DNA of 64,000 bases from a virus, in IMG/VR virus record IMGVR_UViG_3300017780_003691, positions 1 through 64,000 of that record; one strand, written 5' to 3'. This document shows, one piece after another, positions 37,319 to 47,557 of this stretch. Made by a program: the position numbers and the translations under genes. The stretch's first letter is position 1; each line of letters starts with the position of its first letter. Below the pieces are notes generated by a model. The model worked only from the letters and a program-made list of their open reading frames with translations. It did no database searches and was not told the DNA's origin.

Positions 37319-38388
37319 TACGCACCCGCAGAGTTCGAGTCTTCCTCGCCGACAGCGTAGGCATAGCCCACCCACAGGGAAGTCTCAAACTCGGGCGGGT
37401 TCGAGCCAGAGTTGGTCGACTCGGGCATGGTCGTCTCCGCGCGGCGAGCGTGCGAGGGGAAGACGCGCCAGAGCATACCACCGACGATGATCTCTGCGCC
37501 CGGCTGGAGGTCTTGCATGTTGACGTGACGCACGCCGGCAGGCTTGCCGATGGGCCGGAACTCCACGTCGCCGACGATGGGGTCTGCGTTGTAGAGGTTG
37601 ATCGGCGAGAGCATCTGCTGGTTCGCGAACGGCGAGCGACCGCGTGCGAGGTAGCCATCGTTGATCGCATCGTTGTAGCCACCGATGACCGCGTTCACAG
37701 GGAAGCTGAGCAGCGGCGTTGTGTTGGTGGCCGTCGAGCCCTTGAAGAAGCGCCACGGGTAGAGGTTGTCCGCGTGCTCCACATGCACCCCGCCGCACTC
37801 CGCCGCGACCCTGCGATCACTGCGGGCGCCGAAGAGGTACTTCATGTTGATGCTGTAGTATTCGCGCGTGGACGACGAGCTACCAGGTCCGTCAGTCGTG
37901 CCGATGCACTCGCCGCCCTGATAGTCGCCGACCTTCTCAAGGTTGCCGATATACATGTGGCGGTAGAGGTTCGCGCCATACTCCACGATGATCGCGATGT
38001 AGGGCTCGGGGGTGAGCGCGCCGATCAGGTGAAGCTGCGTCGGCAGGACCACGGCCGGCGATCCAGCGCCGACGATAGGCGACGCGAAGACGGCGGCTCC
38101 GACTTGCAGCGCGTTGATCGCGGAGTTGGACTCCTCGTCGTATTGGTGGCCCGCGACCGACAGGGTGTGCGTGCTCCCGGCGACAGACGCGGTGACGCGG
38201 AACGGGATCGCATCGCTCGCCTCGAAGGCGGAGTTCGATCCGGAGTTCGAGTCGCCGCCCTGCGGCCTGCGGATGATCGGGGTGGACGGAGTCGTGAGGT
38301 CCGTCTCCCACCCGATGGTAGCAGCGAATGCCCCGACCAAAGTCGGGACATCCGTGATCGCGCTGATGGAGTGGATTTCGTAAGCCAT
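37318..38388 (-). CDS. tail structural protein, paralogue of 38388..39452
   Basis: Starts MAYE..., ends ...EEDSNSAGA; similar length to neighbouring paralogue. Confidence 0.45.
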   Translation of the reverse strand: MAYEIHSISAITDVPTLVGAFAATIGWETDLTTPSTPIIRRPQGGDSNSGSNSAFEASDAIPFRVTASVAGSTHTLSVAGHQYDEESNSAINALQVGAAVFASPIVGAGSPAVVLPTQLHLIGALTPEPYIAIIVEYGANLYRHMYIGNLEKVGDYQGGECIGTTDGPGSSSSTREYYSINMKYLFGARSDRRVAAECGGVHVEHADNLYPWRFFKGSTATNTTPLLSFPVNAVIGGYNDAINDGYLARGRSPFANQQMLSPINLYNADPIVGDVEFRPIGKPAGVRHVNMQDLQPGAEIIVGGMLWRVFPSHARRAETTMPESTNSGSNPPEFETSLWVGYAYAVGEEDSNSAGA

Positions 38389-39452
38389 TAGCTGTTGCTC
38401 TCCTCGTTCGCGATGTAGGCACTGTTACTATCTTCCGGCCCGCGTGTCACGGCGAACCAATTGCCGAGGGCGGTGCGGAAGGCGTTCTGGAAGACGATGT
38501 GGACGGAGTTCTCCGCCTGGATCACGTTCTCGATGGTCTGGCCGCGACCGGGCACGCGGTAGACGCCATCAAGCACACCGAAGGTCTGATCGCTCGGGCT
38601 GGCCTGCGTGAGCGTGAACGGCGTCAGGGTGAAGCCGTCGCCATAGGCCGCCTGCTCGCGAGCACTGACGCTCTCGTAGCCGTACTGGCCGGCGCCCGAG
38701 TTGTTCTGGCCGCTGTTGAGCACGGCCCCGAGGCCGAGGCCCACACCGAACCACGCAGGGCCGATGTTGGCCGGCGCCGACGTGTCGTTCTTCGAGACCT
38801 TCAGCCAGTTGCCCGAGGGATCGAGCATCCATGCCGACGGGTTGTAGCCGCTCGATCCGCTCGACGAGTTCGAGTTCGAGAAGCAGAACAGCGAGTGGTC
38901 GTCGGCAACCGAGGTGTGCGAGGTCGCCTCTTGCGATCCGCCCGAGCCCGCCGATCCACCGATGAACATCGGATACGTGTAGACCGTGGGGTCCGCGTAG
39001 GGGAGGAAGAAGCCGGCATACATCGCCTCATAGACGGTGCCGACCTGGACGACGATGATGAAGCGGCGGCCGTTGGCGATGAACCAATAGCGCATCGTGT
39101 TCGGGCGCGTGAACATCTTGACCGGATACGGGGTCATGTTGACGTGCAGGTTGTAGGCCGTCGCCGACTCCACGACACCCGTGCAGCCGCGCATGTACCA
39201 TGTGCTCACATCGCCCGTGATGTTCGAGTCGTCACGGCGCATCGCGACATACACCGAAGCATCGTCCGCGAGACCGGGGCCGCGCAGAACGACGCCGAGG
39301 CTGGCGTCATCGGAGTCGCTGTTGGAGTCAGAGCCCCACGCGATGTCCCAGTTCTGCCCGAGAGCTACAAGCTCCGGGTCAGTGGTGATGAACGAGATGA
39401 AGCGGTCCCAGAGGTCCGCGTGATCGGTGGCCGTGCCAGTTTCGTATGCCAT
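38388..39452 (-). CDS. tail structural protein, paralogue of 37318..38388
   Basis: Starts MAYE..., ends ...PEDSNSAYIANEESNS; directly downstream of tape measure. Confidence 0.45.
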   Translation of the reverse strand: MAYETGTATDHADLWDRFISFITTDPELVALGQNWDIAWGSDSNSDSDDASLGVVLRGPGLADDASVYVAMRRDDSNITGDVSTWYMRGCTGVVESATAYNLHVNMTPYPVKMFTRPNTMRYWFIANGRRFIIVVQVGTVYEAMYAGFFLPYADPTVYTYPMFIGGSAGSGGSQEATSHTSVADDHSLFCFSNSNSSSGSSGYNPSAWMLDPSGNWLKVSKNDTSAPANIGPAWFGVGLGLGAVLNSGQNNSGAGQYGYESVSAREQAAYGDGFTLTPFTLTQASPSDQTFGVLDGVYRVPGRGQTIENVIQAENSVHIVFQNAFRTALGNWFAVTRGPEDSNSAYIANEESNS

Positions 39453-42400
39453 TATCCTAGTGCTCCGTTCACGGCTGTTTTGTTGTCGCGGATGAAGTTG
39501 AGGAACGTCTGCGTTCCGACCGGGCTATTGAGGCCCGCCTGAATGAAGTCCGCTGCATCCACGAAGTTGTTGATGACCGCCTTGATCGGCTGCCCACCGC
39601 CACCACGGCCAGCGTTCTTGACGTGGCGCGGATTGTCCTCGGTGACGACTTCCTCGCCCTTCTGGAGGATCGCGGCGACCTCGTTCTTGCGCAGGCCAGG
39701 CAGCCCGCCATTGTGGAATCGGCCCGCGTTGCGGAACAGGGATGCCGGCACGGTGCGCTTCTGGAGGCCCGCTCCTGCGATACCCCCGCCGTGCGCGATG
39801 CCTGCCACAGCCGAGGCAGCAGCCGCAGCCGCGATAGCCGCCGCAGCCGCAGCACCGGCAGTGGTGATAGCCGCAGCCAGTTGCAGGCCGGTGGCCGTGA
39901 GAGCGGCGCCCGCCGTCGTGCCCGCAGCCGTGAGGCCCGCAGCAGCCGTCGTGCCGCCGGTCGCGACCGCAGCGCCAGCCGTCGTGCCCGCAGCCGTGAG
40001 GGACGCGGAGATCGTGGCAGCCGCAGCCGTGGCCGCAGGGTTGAGCCCGGCGATAGCGGAAGCGCCCGCGTCGAGCAGGCCGCCGATAGGCGTGGCCGCG
40101 AGGGCGTTGAGGATCGCCTGCTGCGCAATCATCTCGGCGATCTTCAGCAGGAAGTCGCCTGCGAACTGGAGCGCGGCGTCACGGATGTTGCGGAAGACCT
40201 TCTCCCACCGCTCGCCTTGCTCGATGCCGGTCGCGATGGCCTGGCCCGCCTGCATGATCGCATCGACAGCGCCGCTCGCGAAAGCATCGCGGACAGCCTG
40301 CTTGATCTCCAGCAGCTTCAGTTGGGCTTCCGAGAGTTCGACGTTGACTCGAGTCAGCGCCGCGATTGCCTTCTCGTCGCCGAGGGCACGCGCCAGTGCG
40401 AGGGCTTCCTCTTTCGCGGCGAGGATTTTGACGCGCATCTCTTCGAGCGCGGCGACGCGGCCTTGCGTCTCCTCGGCCGACAGGGCTCCGCCTGCGCTGA
40501 GCTTGTTGAACTCCTCCAGGGCCTCCTGACGCTGGCGCTCCAGAGCGCGCACGTCCTCGACCGCCTGCTGGAGCTTCCGCTCCTGGCGCTCACGCTCGAT
40601 GATCTGCGCGGTGACTTCACCCCACGCCTGACCTTCCTTCGTGAGAAGGTCGATGTTGTTCTGGCGGGCGAGAGCTTCGACCTCTTCCTGCACGGTCGAC
40701 TCTTGGCCGAGCAGCTTGCGGAGTTCGAGTTGCTTCTCCAGCGTGGCGTTGCGGGTCTCCTCCGCGAGGTTCGCGTCGAACAGCGCACCAACGGTGTCGC
40801 GGATCGCCTGCTCCTGCGCGTCGGAAAATTCGAGGTTGTCTTCGTCTGCCTTGGCCTTCGCCTCGTAGATGGCGCGGAGGATTTCCTGGTCACGGATGGA
40901 CTTGCCGACGAGGGTCTGCTCGAAGCGACGGAGGTCTACGCTGCGCTGGAGTTCGTCGTTGAACTCTTTCTGCGGATCGCGCGGCGGCTTCTCTTTCTTC
41001 GCGGCGCGAGCATCCTCGTCCGCAAACTCTTTCTCCAGAGCAGCGCGGGCTTGGCGGATGATCTCCAGACGGCGAAGCACTTCCTGCGGATCGGTGACTC
41101 CGAGCAGTGAGCGGCCGGCGTCCTCCTCCAGCTTCGTGCGCTTGGCCTCGCGCTCGCGAGCTTTGGCGAGAGCGGGGATGCGGTTCTCCAGAGCGCCAAG
41201 GGCGGTGTTGGCCTGGTCGGCGACACGGCGCTGCTCGGCGAGCGCGTCGGTGGCTTCCTTGATCTTGCCGGTCGTCGCGTCGTAGCTGAGACCGACACGT
41301 TGGATCGTGCGGTCGATGTCGATGGTCGTGTCGCCAAGCTGTTTCGTGACAATGGCTTGACGGCCCATCGCCTGCTCGACTTCACCGGCTTTGTCTGTGA
41401 TGCCCACCAGCGAGGACGCGAAGCCCTGCACCGCGTTGGCCGCCGGGCCGTCGAGGTTTTCACTGAGTTCGCGGAGCTTCTGTTGGAACTCGAAGATCGT
41501 CAGCTTGCCTTGGTTGAACTGGACGGCGAGCTTCGAGACGTTCTGTGCAGCCTCCTCGCCGAGGAGACCAGCGTTGACCTTCTGGAACTCGGCGAGCAGA
41601 TCGTTGGTGGTCTTCTTCGCCTCATCGCGCAGCTTGACATACTCGTTCGCAAGCGCGTCGAGGTTCGCCCGTGCGCGCAGCGCATCCGAGTCGACGAGAG
41701 CAGCGTTGAACGCGCGGCCGGCGCGCTCCGCCTCTTCGGCTTCCTTCGTGTATGCATCGACCTGGCGCGTGTGCTCGTCGAGCGCACTGGTCGCTTCAGG
41801 CACCTTGGCGCCGAAGAGTCCGAAGGCTTCGGTGAGCAGGGTGATGCCGACGAAGGCCAGAGCCAGGGGTGCGAGCGCGCGGACAGCCGCGACGGCCGTG
41901 GTCGCTAGGACTCCGAGGGAAGTCCCGAGGCCCCGGATCGCGATTGCACTGGCTGCGCTCGTGATGCCCGTGGTCCTGATGATTTCGACCGCGACCTTGG
42001 CGTTTAGGCTGACCACTTTGAAGGCTGCGCCGAGGGCGAGCACCCCGTTGGAGGACGCTGCCGCCGAGAGCACCTGCTTCTGTTGGGCCGCGTCGAGCAG
42101 GAAGATGTCGGACGCGAGCAGCGCGGAGGCCGCCGCAGCAGTACGCATCGCAGTCGCGATGCCGACGATGTACGGGGCGATCTTTAGCGCGATCAGGGCT
42201 TGGCCGACGAGCAGAACCTTGTCGAAGTTCTCGACCAGGAACGTCAGGATGTTGACGAGCGTGCCAGCAGCCGCGCCGACCTGGAGGAAGAAGTCGCGGC
42301 CCTCGCGGGATTTGAATCCTTCGTTGAGGGTGCGCAGCGCGTTTTGCAGCGCGTCAGCGAAGCCGCCCTCGGCGACGCGAGCCTGCGCCTCGAACAGGTT

Positions 42401-44488
42401 GTTCGTGAAGCGGTCGATCTCGGTCGTGACGCTGGAGAGCGCAGCCGGCAGAGCACCACCAAAGCGAGCCGTCAGTTCGTCGGCGAACTTGAGCAGGGTC
42501 TCCTCGGATGCCGCGACATCGCCCTGACGGATGAGCTTGTCGAGTTCGGCCGTCGAGACACCGAGAGCGTCAGCGAAGATGTTGAACGCGCCAGGCAGGC
42601 GTTCGCCAAGCTGGCCGCGCAGTTCTTCCATCGAGACCGTGCCCTTCGACACGATCTGTTGCAGGGCGAGGAAGGTGCCCTGGAGTTCTTCAGTCGAGAC
42701 CTTGTTGACACGGGCTGCCTCGGCAACCGCCGTGAAGATCGTCCGAGTGCCCTCGGCCGAGAAGTTCGCAGCGTTGGCCGCGATAGCGAAGCGACCATAC
42801 TCCTGCGACAGGACTTGGAACGAGAGACCGAGGCGATCAGCCTCGTTCGAGATAAAGCGAAGCTCCTGGCGCACCTTGTTCTGGTCGCCGTCGAACACCG
42901 CATTGAGTCGAGACTGCGCAGCCTCTACGGAGCGCAGGGCGCCGACCACGCCACCGATGGCCGTGATCGCCGCGTAGAAGCCGACGAAGCCCGAGGCGAG
43001 CGCGAGAAGCTGCCCGCGCAGGCGTTGCGAGATCGACAGGGCGCGACGGCTCTGGTCCGTGCTCTCGGCGATCCCCCCGGCCGCCTGGCGCGCAGCAGGG
43101 CCCACCGTGGCGAATGCGCCCGAGAGCGAGCGCACATCGCGGCCGAGGATGCGGGCCACCAGCGAGAGGCGGTTCTGTGCGGCTTCCTGTTCCTTCAGCA
43201 CACGCGCGTTCGCGGCGGCCGATGCTTCGGCCTCCCGGTCAGCCTGTGCCTTCGCCTTCTCCGCAGCAGCCGCTTCACGCAGCTTGACGGAGAGCGCGGC
43301 GAGAGTCTGCGACTGGTTGCGCCACTCCTGCCCGGCCGCTTGCGCGTTGATCCGGGCTGCCAGGAGTTCGGCGGAGAGCGCGGCCGTCGGCTGGGTGGCT
43401 GCCGCCATCTCGGCCTTCAGTCGCTTCAGGTCTGCGCTCGCTGCCTGGAACGCGGCGCGAGCTTCGTTGACGGCCTGCTCCTGCGCACGGAAGGCGTTGA
43501 CCGGAGCCTGCGCCCCTGCCCCCGCCTGCGTGGATGCCTTGACGGCCGCCTGCTGGCGCTGGAGCGCGAGGGAGACCTTGTCGATAGCAGCAGCCACACG
43601 CGCGCTCTCGGCGGCGATCTGCTCCTGCTTGATCTCCACACCACCGAGGGCTGCGGCTGCCGTGGTCGCGGCAGTCTTCACCTCATTGAGGGCTTCCTGC
43701 GCCTGGTTGACCGCGCCAGCCTCTTCCTGTGCGGCCGTGGACAGGGCGGTGAACTGCGCGGTGACGCGCGCCAGGTCGCGCTCGGCGATCTTGGCTTGGC
43801 CCGAGAGCGAGGAGAACGCCTGGCCCGCGATCCGCACGGCCGACTGCTGCTGCTGCACGGCGCTCGTCGCGCGCTCCTGCGCGGCGAAGAGTTGGAAGAG
43901 GGTCTGCGCAAGCTGGTTGATCGAACTCTTCTGTTCGTCGGTCGCAGCTTTGTTGCGGCGCGTGATCGCGATCTGTTCGGAGTATGCCTGCTTCGTCGCA
44001 GCCACGGCTGCCGCGAGGCGCGCTTCCTCGGCGCGTGCGGCTTCGAGGCCGGCGGTGGACGCCTTGAGCGCGGCGCCTGCCTGCCGCGTCGCGGACTCAA
44101 GCTCGGCGAACTTACCAGCGGTTGCGCCGGCACGCTGGCCGGTCTCCAGAAGGCGGGCCTGCGTGTCCGCAAGCTGGCCCTCCATGCGCTCCACGTTCTT
44201 CGTGGTGCGGTCGAAGTTGTTGGCGAGACGGTTGAGGCTGGTCAGGCCAGCCGCGTTCGTCTGGAGGGTCTTCAGTTCGGATGAGAGTCGACCGAGGGCG
44301 CTGTTGGCGACAGCACCCGACTTGCCGAGGCCAGACTGCGCCTTCGCCAGATCGTTGATCGAGCCAACGATTCCATCGACCGCAGCCTTCGCCTGGTCGC
44401 GCGCTTTGATAATCAGTTCGACTTCGCGCTTTGCCATAGCAGGCCCTCGTCTGTAGGGTTTACCGGCATGTATGCCACGTGCCGGCAA
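39452..44488 (-). CDS. tail tape measure protein
   Basis: 1678-aa Ala/Gln/Glu/Leu-rich helical protein located between the tail chaperone genes and distal tail genes. Confidence 0.85.
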   Translation of the reverse strand: MPARGIHAGKPYRRGPAMAKREVELIIKARDQAKAAVDGIVGSINDLAKAQSGLGKSGAVANSALGRLSSELKTLQTNAAGLTSLNRLANNFDRTTKNVERMEGQLADTQARLLETGQRAGATAGKFAELESATRQAGAALKASTAGLEAARAEEARLAAAVAATKQAYSEQIAITRRNKAATDEQKSSINQLAQTLFQLFAAQERATSAVQQQQSAVRIAGQAFSSLSGQAKIAERDLARVTAQFTALSTAAQEEAGAVNQAQEALNEVKTAATTAAAALGGVEIKQEQIAAESARVAAAIDKVSLALQRQQAAVKASTQAGAGAQAPVNAFRAQEQAVNEARAAFQAASADLKRLKAEMAAATQPTAALSAELLAARINAQAAGQEWRNQSQTLAALSVKLREAAAAEKAKAQADREAEASAAANARVLKEQEAAQNRLSLVARILGRDVRSLSGAFATVGPAARQAAGGIAESTDQSRRALSISQRLRGQLLALASGFVGFYAAITAIGGVVGALRSVEAAQSRLNAVFDGDQNKVRQELRFISNEADRLGLSFQVLSQEYGRFAIAANAANFSAEGTRTIFTAVAEAARVNKVSTEELQGTFLALQQIVSKGTVSMEELRGQLGERLPGAFNIFADALGVSTAELDKLIRQGDVAASEETLLKFADELTARFGGALPAALSSVTTEIDRFTNNLFEAQARVAEGGFADALQNALRTLNEGFKSREGRDFFLQVGAAAGTLVNILTFLVENFDKVLLVGQALIALKIAPYIVGIATAMRTAAAASALLASDIFLLDAAQQKQVLSAAASSNGVLALGAAFKVVSLNAKVAVEIIRTTGITSAASAIAIRGLGTSLGVLATTAVAAVRALAPLALAFVGITLLTEAFGLFGAKVPEATSALDEHTRQVDAYTKEAEEAERAGRAFNAALVDSDALRARANLDALANEYVKLRDEAKKTTNDLLAEFQKVNAGLLGEEAAQNVSKLAVQFNQGKLTIFEFQQKLRELSENLDGPAANAVQGFASSLVGITDKAGEVEQAMGRQAIVTKQLGDTTIDIDRTIQRVGLSYDATTGKIKEATDALAEQRRVADQANTALGALENRIPALAKAREREAKRTKLEEDAGRSLLGVTDPQEVLRRLEIIRQARAALEKEFADEDARAAKKEKPPRDPQKEFNDELQRSVDLRRFEQTLVGKSIRDQEILRAIYEAKAKADEDNLEFSDAQEQAIRDTVGALFDANLAEETRNATLEKQLELRKLLGQESTVQEEVEALARQNNIDLLTKEGQAWGEVTAQIIERERQERKLQQAVEDVRALERQRQEALEEFNKLSAGGALSAEETQGRVAALEEMRVKILAAKEEALALARALGDEKAIAALTRVNVELSEAQLKLLEIKQAVRDAFASGAVDAIMQAGQAIATGIEQGERWEKVFRNIRDAALQFAGDFLLKIAEMIAQQAILNALAATPIGGLLDAGASAIAGLNPAATAAAATISASLTAAGTTAGAAVATGGTTAAAGLTAAGTTAGAALTATGLQLAAAITTAGAAAAAAIAAAAAASAVAGIAHGGGIAGAGLQKRTVPASLFRNAGRFHNGGLPGLRKNEVAAILQKGEEVVTEDNPRHVKNAGRGGGGQPIKAVINNFVDAADFIQAGLNSPVGTQTFLNFIRDNKTAVNGALG

Positions 44489-44499
44489 ACCCTACAAAT

Positions 44500-44835
44500 T
44501 CACTTCAGGATGTCTTCTTTTGTGCGCCTTTTCGGGGGTGCAGGAACCCTGTGATCCTTCGGCCCTTTGGGCACCGGAACGTGGGGTTTCGCCGACCGAC
44601 CTTTCTGCGTCTTCTCGACCTCGGGCTCGGTCGCGGCCGAGGAGCCGCCACCTAGATCGTTGAGCATCTTCTTGAACGACTCGGCGCCCTTCTTGTCCAA
44701 GCACGAGATGATCGCGGACTGCATGAGGACTGCACCAGTCACCAGGCCGTCGTTGATCCGCTTGTTGAGGCGGCCCTGCTCCTGCCATACGGCGTAGAGG
44801 GGCCACCTGTCCGCGTCGGGCCAGCCGTGCTGCTT
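44500..44835 (-). CDS. T-like extension reached by -1 frameshift from the G-like chaperone (GT fusion)
   Basis: Lys-rich ORF in the -1 frame relative to 44835..45404; that frame stays open across the end of the G-like gene. Confidence 0.35.
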   Translation of the reverse strand, partial: KQHGWPDADRWPLYAVWQEQGRLNKRINDGLVTGAVLMQSAIISCLDKKGAESFKKMLNDLGGGSSAATEPEVEKTQKGRSAKPHVPVPKGPKDHRVPAPPKRRTKEDILK

Positions 44836-45404
44836 TAGGAGCCCGACCGAATGCTGGAGATCATTGAGCCAGACTCGGAGGTCCGGAGTGCGGTTACGAG
44901 ACCGTTGATCCCGCCGAACAGGCTGGTCACGGTCTCGATCAACTCCCCCACGCCGCCATGATCCTCCAGCGTCAAGCGGGAGACCTCCTGGAGCATCTTC
45001 AGTTGGACGGGCACAGGCAGGCGCTTCGCGACCTCGAACGCCTTGCCGGGGTTCGCATCGTCCGTGACGAGCACGACAACGTCGGCGATCAGGTCGGGGA
45101 ACTGCTCGACCATTTGCAGCAGGATCGGGCCGAGGTCGAGTTGGGACTCCTCGACCGTGCCGGGGTCAGCGCCCTTGGCTACCGCCGCGTCATGGATGAG
45201 GGTGTCTTCGTGAATCTTGGTGGCGACCGCGCGGTTGAAAACCTGCACCATGGTCGGGCCGTGGACCCTCATCAGCTTGACGAGGTCGGAGGCCGAGAGG
45301 CCCCTGATTTGGATGGACTGGTCGGGCTTGCCTTCCTTGCCCTTCCGGATGACGACAACGGCCGTTTCAAAGCCGATAGACGATAGTTGAGTGACGGATT
45401 GCAT
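44835..45404 (-). CDS. tail assembly chaperone (lambda G-like)
   Basis: Acidic 189-aa protein between major tail and tape measure genes. Confidence 0.5.
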   Translation of the reverse strand: MQSVTQLSSIGFETAVVVIRKGKEGKPDQSIQIRGLSASDLVKLMRVHGPTMVQVFNRAVATKIHEDTLIHDAAVAKGADPGTVEESQLDLGPILLQMVEQFPDLIADVVVLVTDDANPGKAFEVAKRLPVPVQLKMLQEVSRLTLEDHGGVGELIETVTSLFGGINGLVTALRTSESGSMISSIRSGS

Positions 45405-45486
45405 GTTTACCCTCTGCTAAACGGACCAAGGCCCGCGCCATCTCTGACACGGGCCTTGGCAAATTGCAACCCAAGTTCTCGTTGTG

Positions 45487-46326
45487 TTACGAGTAGACCG
45501 GGCGGCCCGAGGCGTAGATCGCCGAGAACGAGGTACGCTTCAGGATTTCGACTTGGAACGGGATGACGTTCCACTCGTCGGATTTCAGGGCGTAGTCGCC
45601 GTTCGGGGATACCTTGATCCACGGGAAGAAGTAGTCGATGTCGTCGCCGACCGGGTTGAAGGCGATGAACTGCATCGCGCCTTCGACCGGCTCCGAGCCC
45701 GACAGGACACGGGTGTAGGACGAAGCGCGGATCGTGTAGGATACCTGAAGGTCGGTGCCTTCCGCGATCCCACCGCCAACCACGATGTAGAGGCGGCCCG
45801 TCTCGGCGTCGATGGTGTAGTCCGTGCCATAGACGTAGGCGGTGTTGCCCGCCGAGTTCGAGTCGTTCTCGACAACCGTGAAGACGCCGGCCGAGTTCGA
45901 GTCGTCGGCGTCGTAGGCGATCAGGCCCTTGGCGCCGGCCGGGCGGGCAGCCGAGATGCCAAGCTGGTAGTAGAGGCCCTGCTCGACATCGTTGACTTCC
46001 TCGGCCGTGATGACCGCACCAGCTTCCGTGACGGTCTCTTCCTCGCCGAAGAAGAACATCGCGACGTTCGCGATGTCGATGTTGTCGGTCGTGAAGGTGC
46101 CCGAGCGGTTGACCTGGAGCGCAATGCTCTCGTCCTTCTCGCGGATGCCGTGATCCGAGTCGAAGTGGTCGAGAACCTCTTGCTCGATGGTGAGCGAGAA
46201 CTCCGGCGTGTTCCCGATATACCGGAAACCCTTGGGGGTTTGGGTGCCCGTGACGAAGCGGGCGAAGTGAACCTCGCCACGACCCAGCGTGTAGTTGTTG
46301 GTGACAATGCCTTGTGCGGCGGCCAT
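45487..46326 (-). CDS. major tail protein
   Basis: ATG 46326 with CAGGAGATTCC RBS; beta-rich protein preceding the G/GT/tape-measure genes; contains DDSNSAG and NDSNSAG motifs. Confidence 0.55.
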   Translation of the reverse strand: MAAAQGIVTNNYTLGRGEVHFARFVTGTQTPKGFRYIGNTPEFSLTIEQEVLDHFDSDHGIREKDESIALQVNRSGTFTTDNIDIANVAMFFFGEEETVTEAGAVITAEEVNDVEQGLYYQLGISAARPAGAKGLIAYDADDSNSAGVFTVVENDSNSAGNTAYVYGTDYTIDAETGRLYIVVGGGIAEGTDLQVSYTIRASSYTRVLSGSEPVEGAMQFIAFNPVGDDIDYFFPWIKVSPNGDYALKSDEWNVIPFQVEILKRTSFSAIYASGRPVYS

Positions 46327-46403
46327 GATGGAATCTCCTGCTGGCGGTGGTCGGTGGTCTCTACGTGTTACAGCCTCAGTTGCGGCGTAAGTCAACGCCT
46401 CAC

Positions 46404-46958
46404 TTAGCTATAGGGATTCTCCAAGTCCTCGGCGATTTTCAGCCGGATCGCGAGCCAAAAGTACGCCTTGTCCGAGACCTCGTCTGGAGGGCGGCAAACC
46501 GGGCTCCCGATCTGCATGGATAGGACTGCCGGCTTACCATTGGCGAGCAGCACGTTCAACAGGGCAGGTGCTTGGCCCGTGGCCGTGCGGCCTCGGTCGA
46601 GCCGCTTCTTCTCTTTCGCCAGGCAGCGCACGACATCGGCCACCAGGAGGTAGGCGGGATCAGTGGGGTGGGCCTTGTCGTCCTTGGCGAAGCCCTGGAT
46701 CGAGATGTCCCAGTCGCCGGTCGAGTGCGGTGAGGTCGGGGGCGAGTCCACCTGATCGTTCGCGATAGGCGTCTCCAGGATCGCCAGCATCGGCAGGGGG
46801 TCGCCTGCGCCATAGAGGTTGCGGCCCCGGAAGACCTTCCCTGCGAGCGTGTGGTGGTAGCCCGTGGCCCCGCTGTTCGAGTCCTCCTCGGCGATGGTCT
46901 CCAGAAGCTCGGTGAGGCCCTGCATGATCCGCAGGCGAAGAGGGTATTGCTCGGCCAT
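46404..46958 (-). CDS. tail terminator / tail completion protein (lambda U-position)
   Basis: Syntenic position; contains EEDSNSGA motif. Confidence 0.4.
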   Translation of the reverse strand: MAEQYPLRLRIMQGLTELLETIAEEDSNSGATGYHHTLAGKVFRGRNLYGAGDPLPMLAILETPIANDQVDSPPTSPHSTGDWDISIQGFAKDDKAHPTDPAYLLVADVVRCLAKEKKRLDRGRTATGQAPALLNVLLANGKPAVLSMQIGSPVCRPPDEVSDKAYFWLAIRLKIAEDLENPYS

Positions 46959-47557
46959 CAGATGTTCTCCAGACCCAGTTGACGCAGGTACTCTTTCTCC
47001 AGAGCGGCTGCGATCTCGCCTTCCATGTCGGGCCAGATGCCCTTGCGCCCGCTCGCCCCGAGGAGCGCCTGCGCGACTGAGGGACCATAGAGGAGCCAGA
47101 GGCTCTTGCCCAGCCGGCGCGGCCGGTATGCCCCCGAGGGCTTCCCAGGTGATCGCACGGCCAGCATAGACGCTTCGCCGCCAGCCTTGCCCAGACCCAG
47201 CATGAACGCGCCAGGGAGCGTCCGCTGGCCGCCGGGCTGCACCTCGACGCGCAGCTTACCGCGCTTCGCGTTGGGGTTCGTGACGAAGCGTGCGAGGCCC
47301 GTGGGCCGCGACGCGGCGACGAGCTTGCCTTCGAGCTTGCCTGCGCTCGCGGAGAACTGTTCGATCTTGCCGTCGGCGCCCGTGAGGTATCGAGCCGGGA
47401 AGGCCACCTCCTGCCGCAGCATACGGCCCGACTTCGCACGGGTATTGCGGAGGGTCTGGTTGACCGCGCGCTGTGCGGCGATCTGCGACTTCCTCGGAAG
47501 GTCTTTGAGATCGAGCAGGGAGTTGATGCCCTGGATCGTGACGGAGAGGTTCGACAT
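46958..47557 (-). CDS. minor tail / head-tail connector protein (lambda Z-position)
   Basis: Syntenic position and size (199 aa). Confidence 0.4.
   Translation of the reverse strand: MSNLSVTIQGINSLLDLKDLPRKSQIAAQRAVNQTLRNTRAKSGRMLRQEVAFPARYLTGADGKIEQFSASAGKLEGKLVAASRPTGLARFVTNPNAKRGKLRVEVQPGGQRTLPGAFMLGLGKAGGEASMLAVRSPGKPSGAYRPRRLGKSLWLLYGPSVAQALLGASGRKGIWPDMEGEIAAALEKEYLRQLGLENI

Noticed and set aside
44492-44806. 104-aa ORF in the +1 frame after the G-like chaperone
   Set aside because: Arg-rich nonsense composition. The -1 frame (44500..44742) is the plausible T-like extension.
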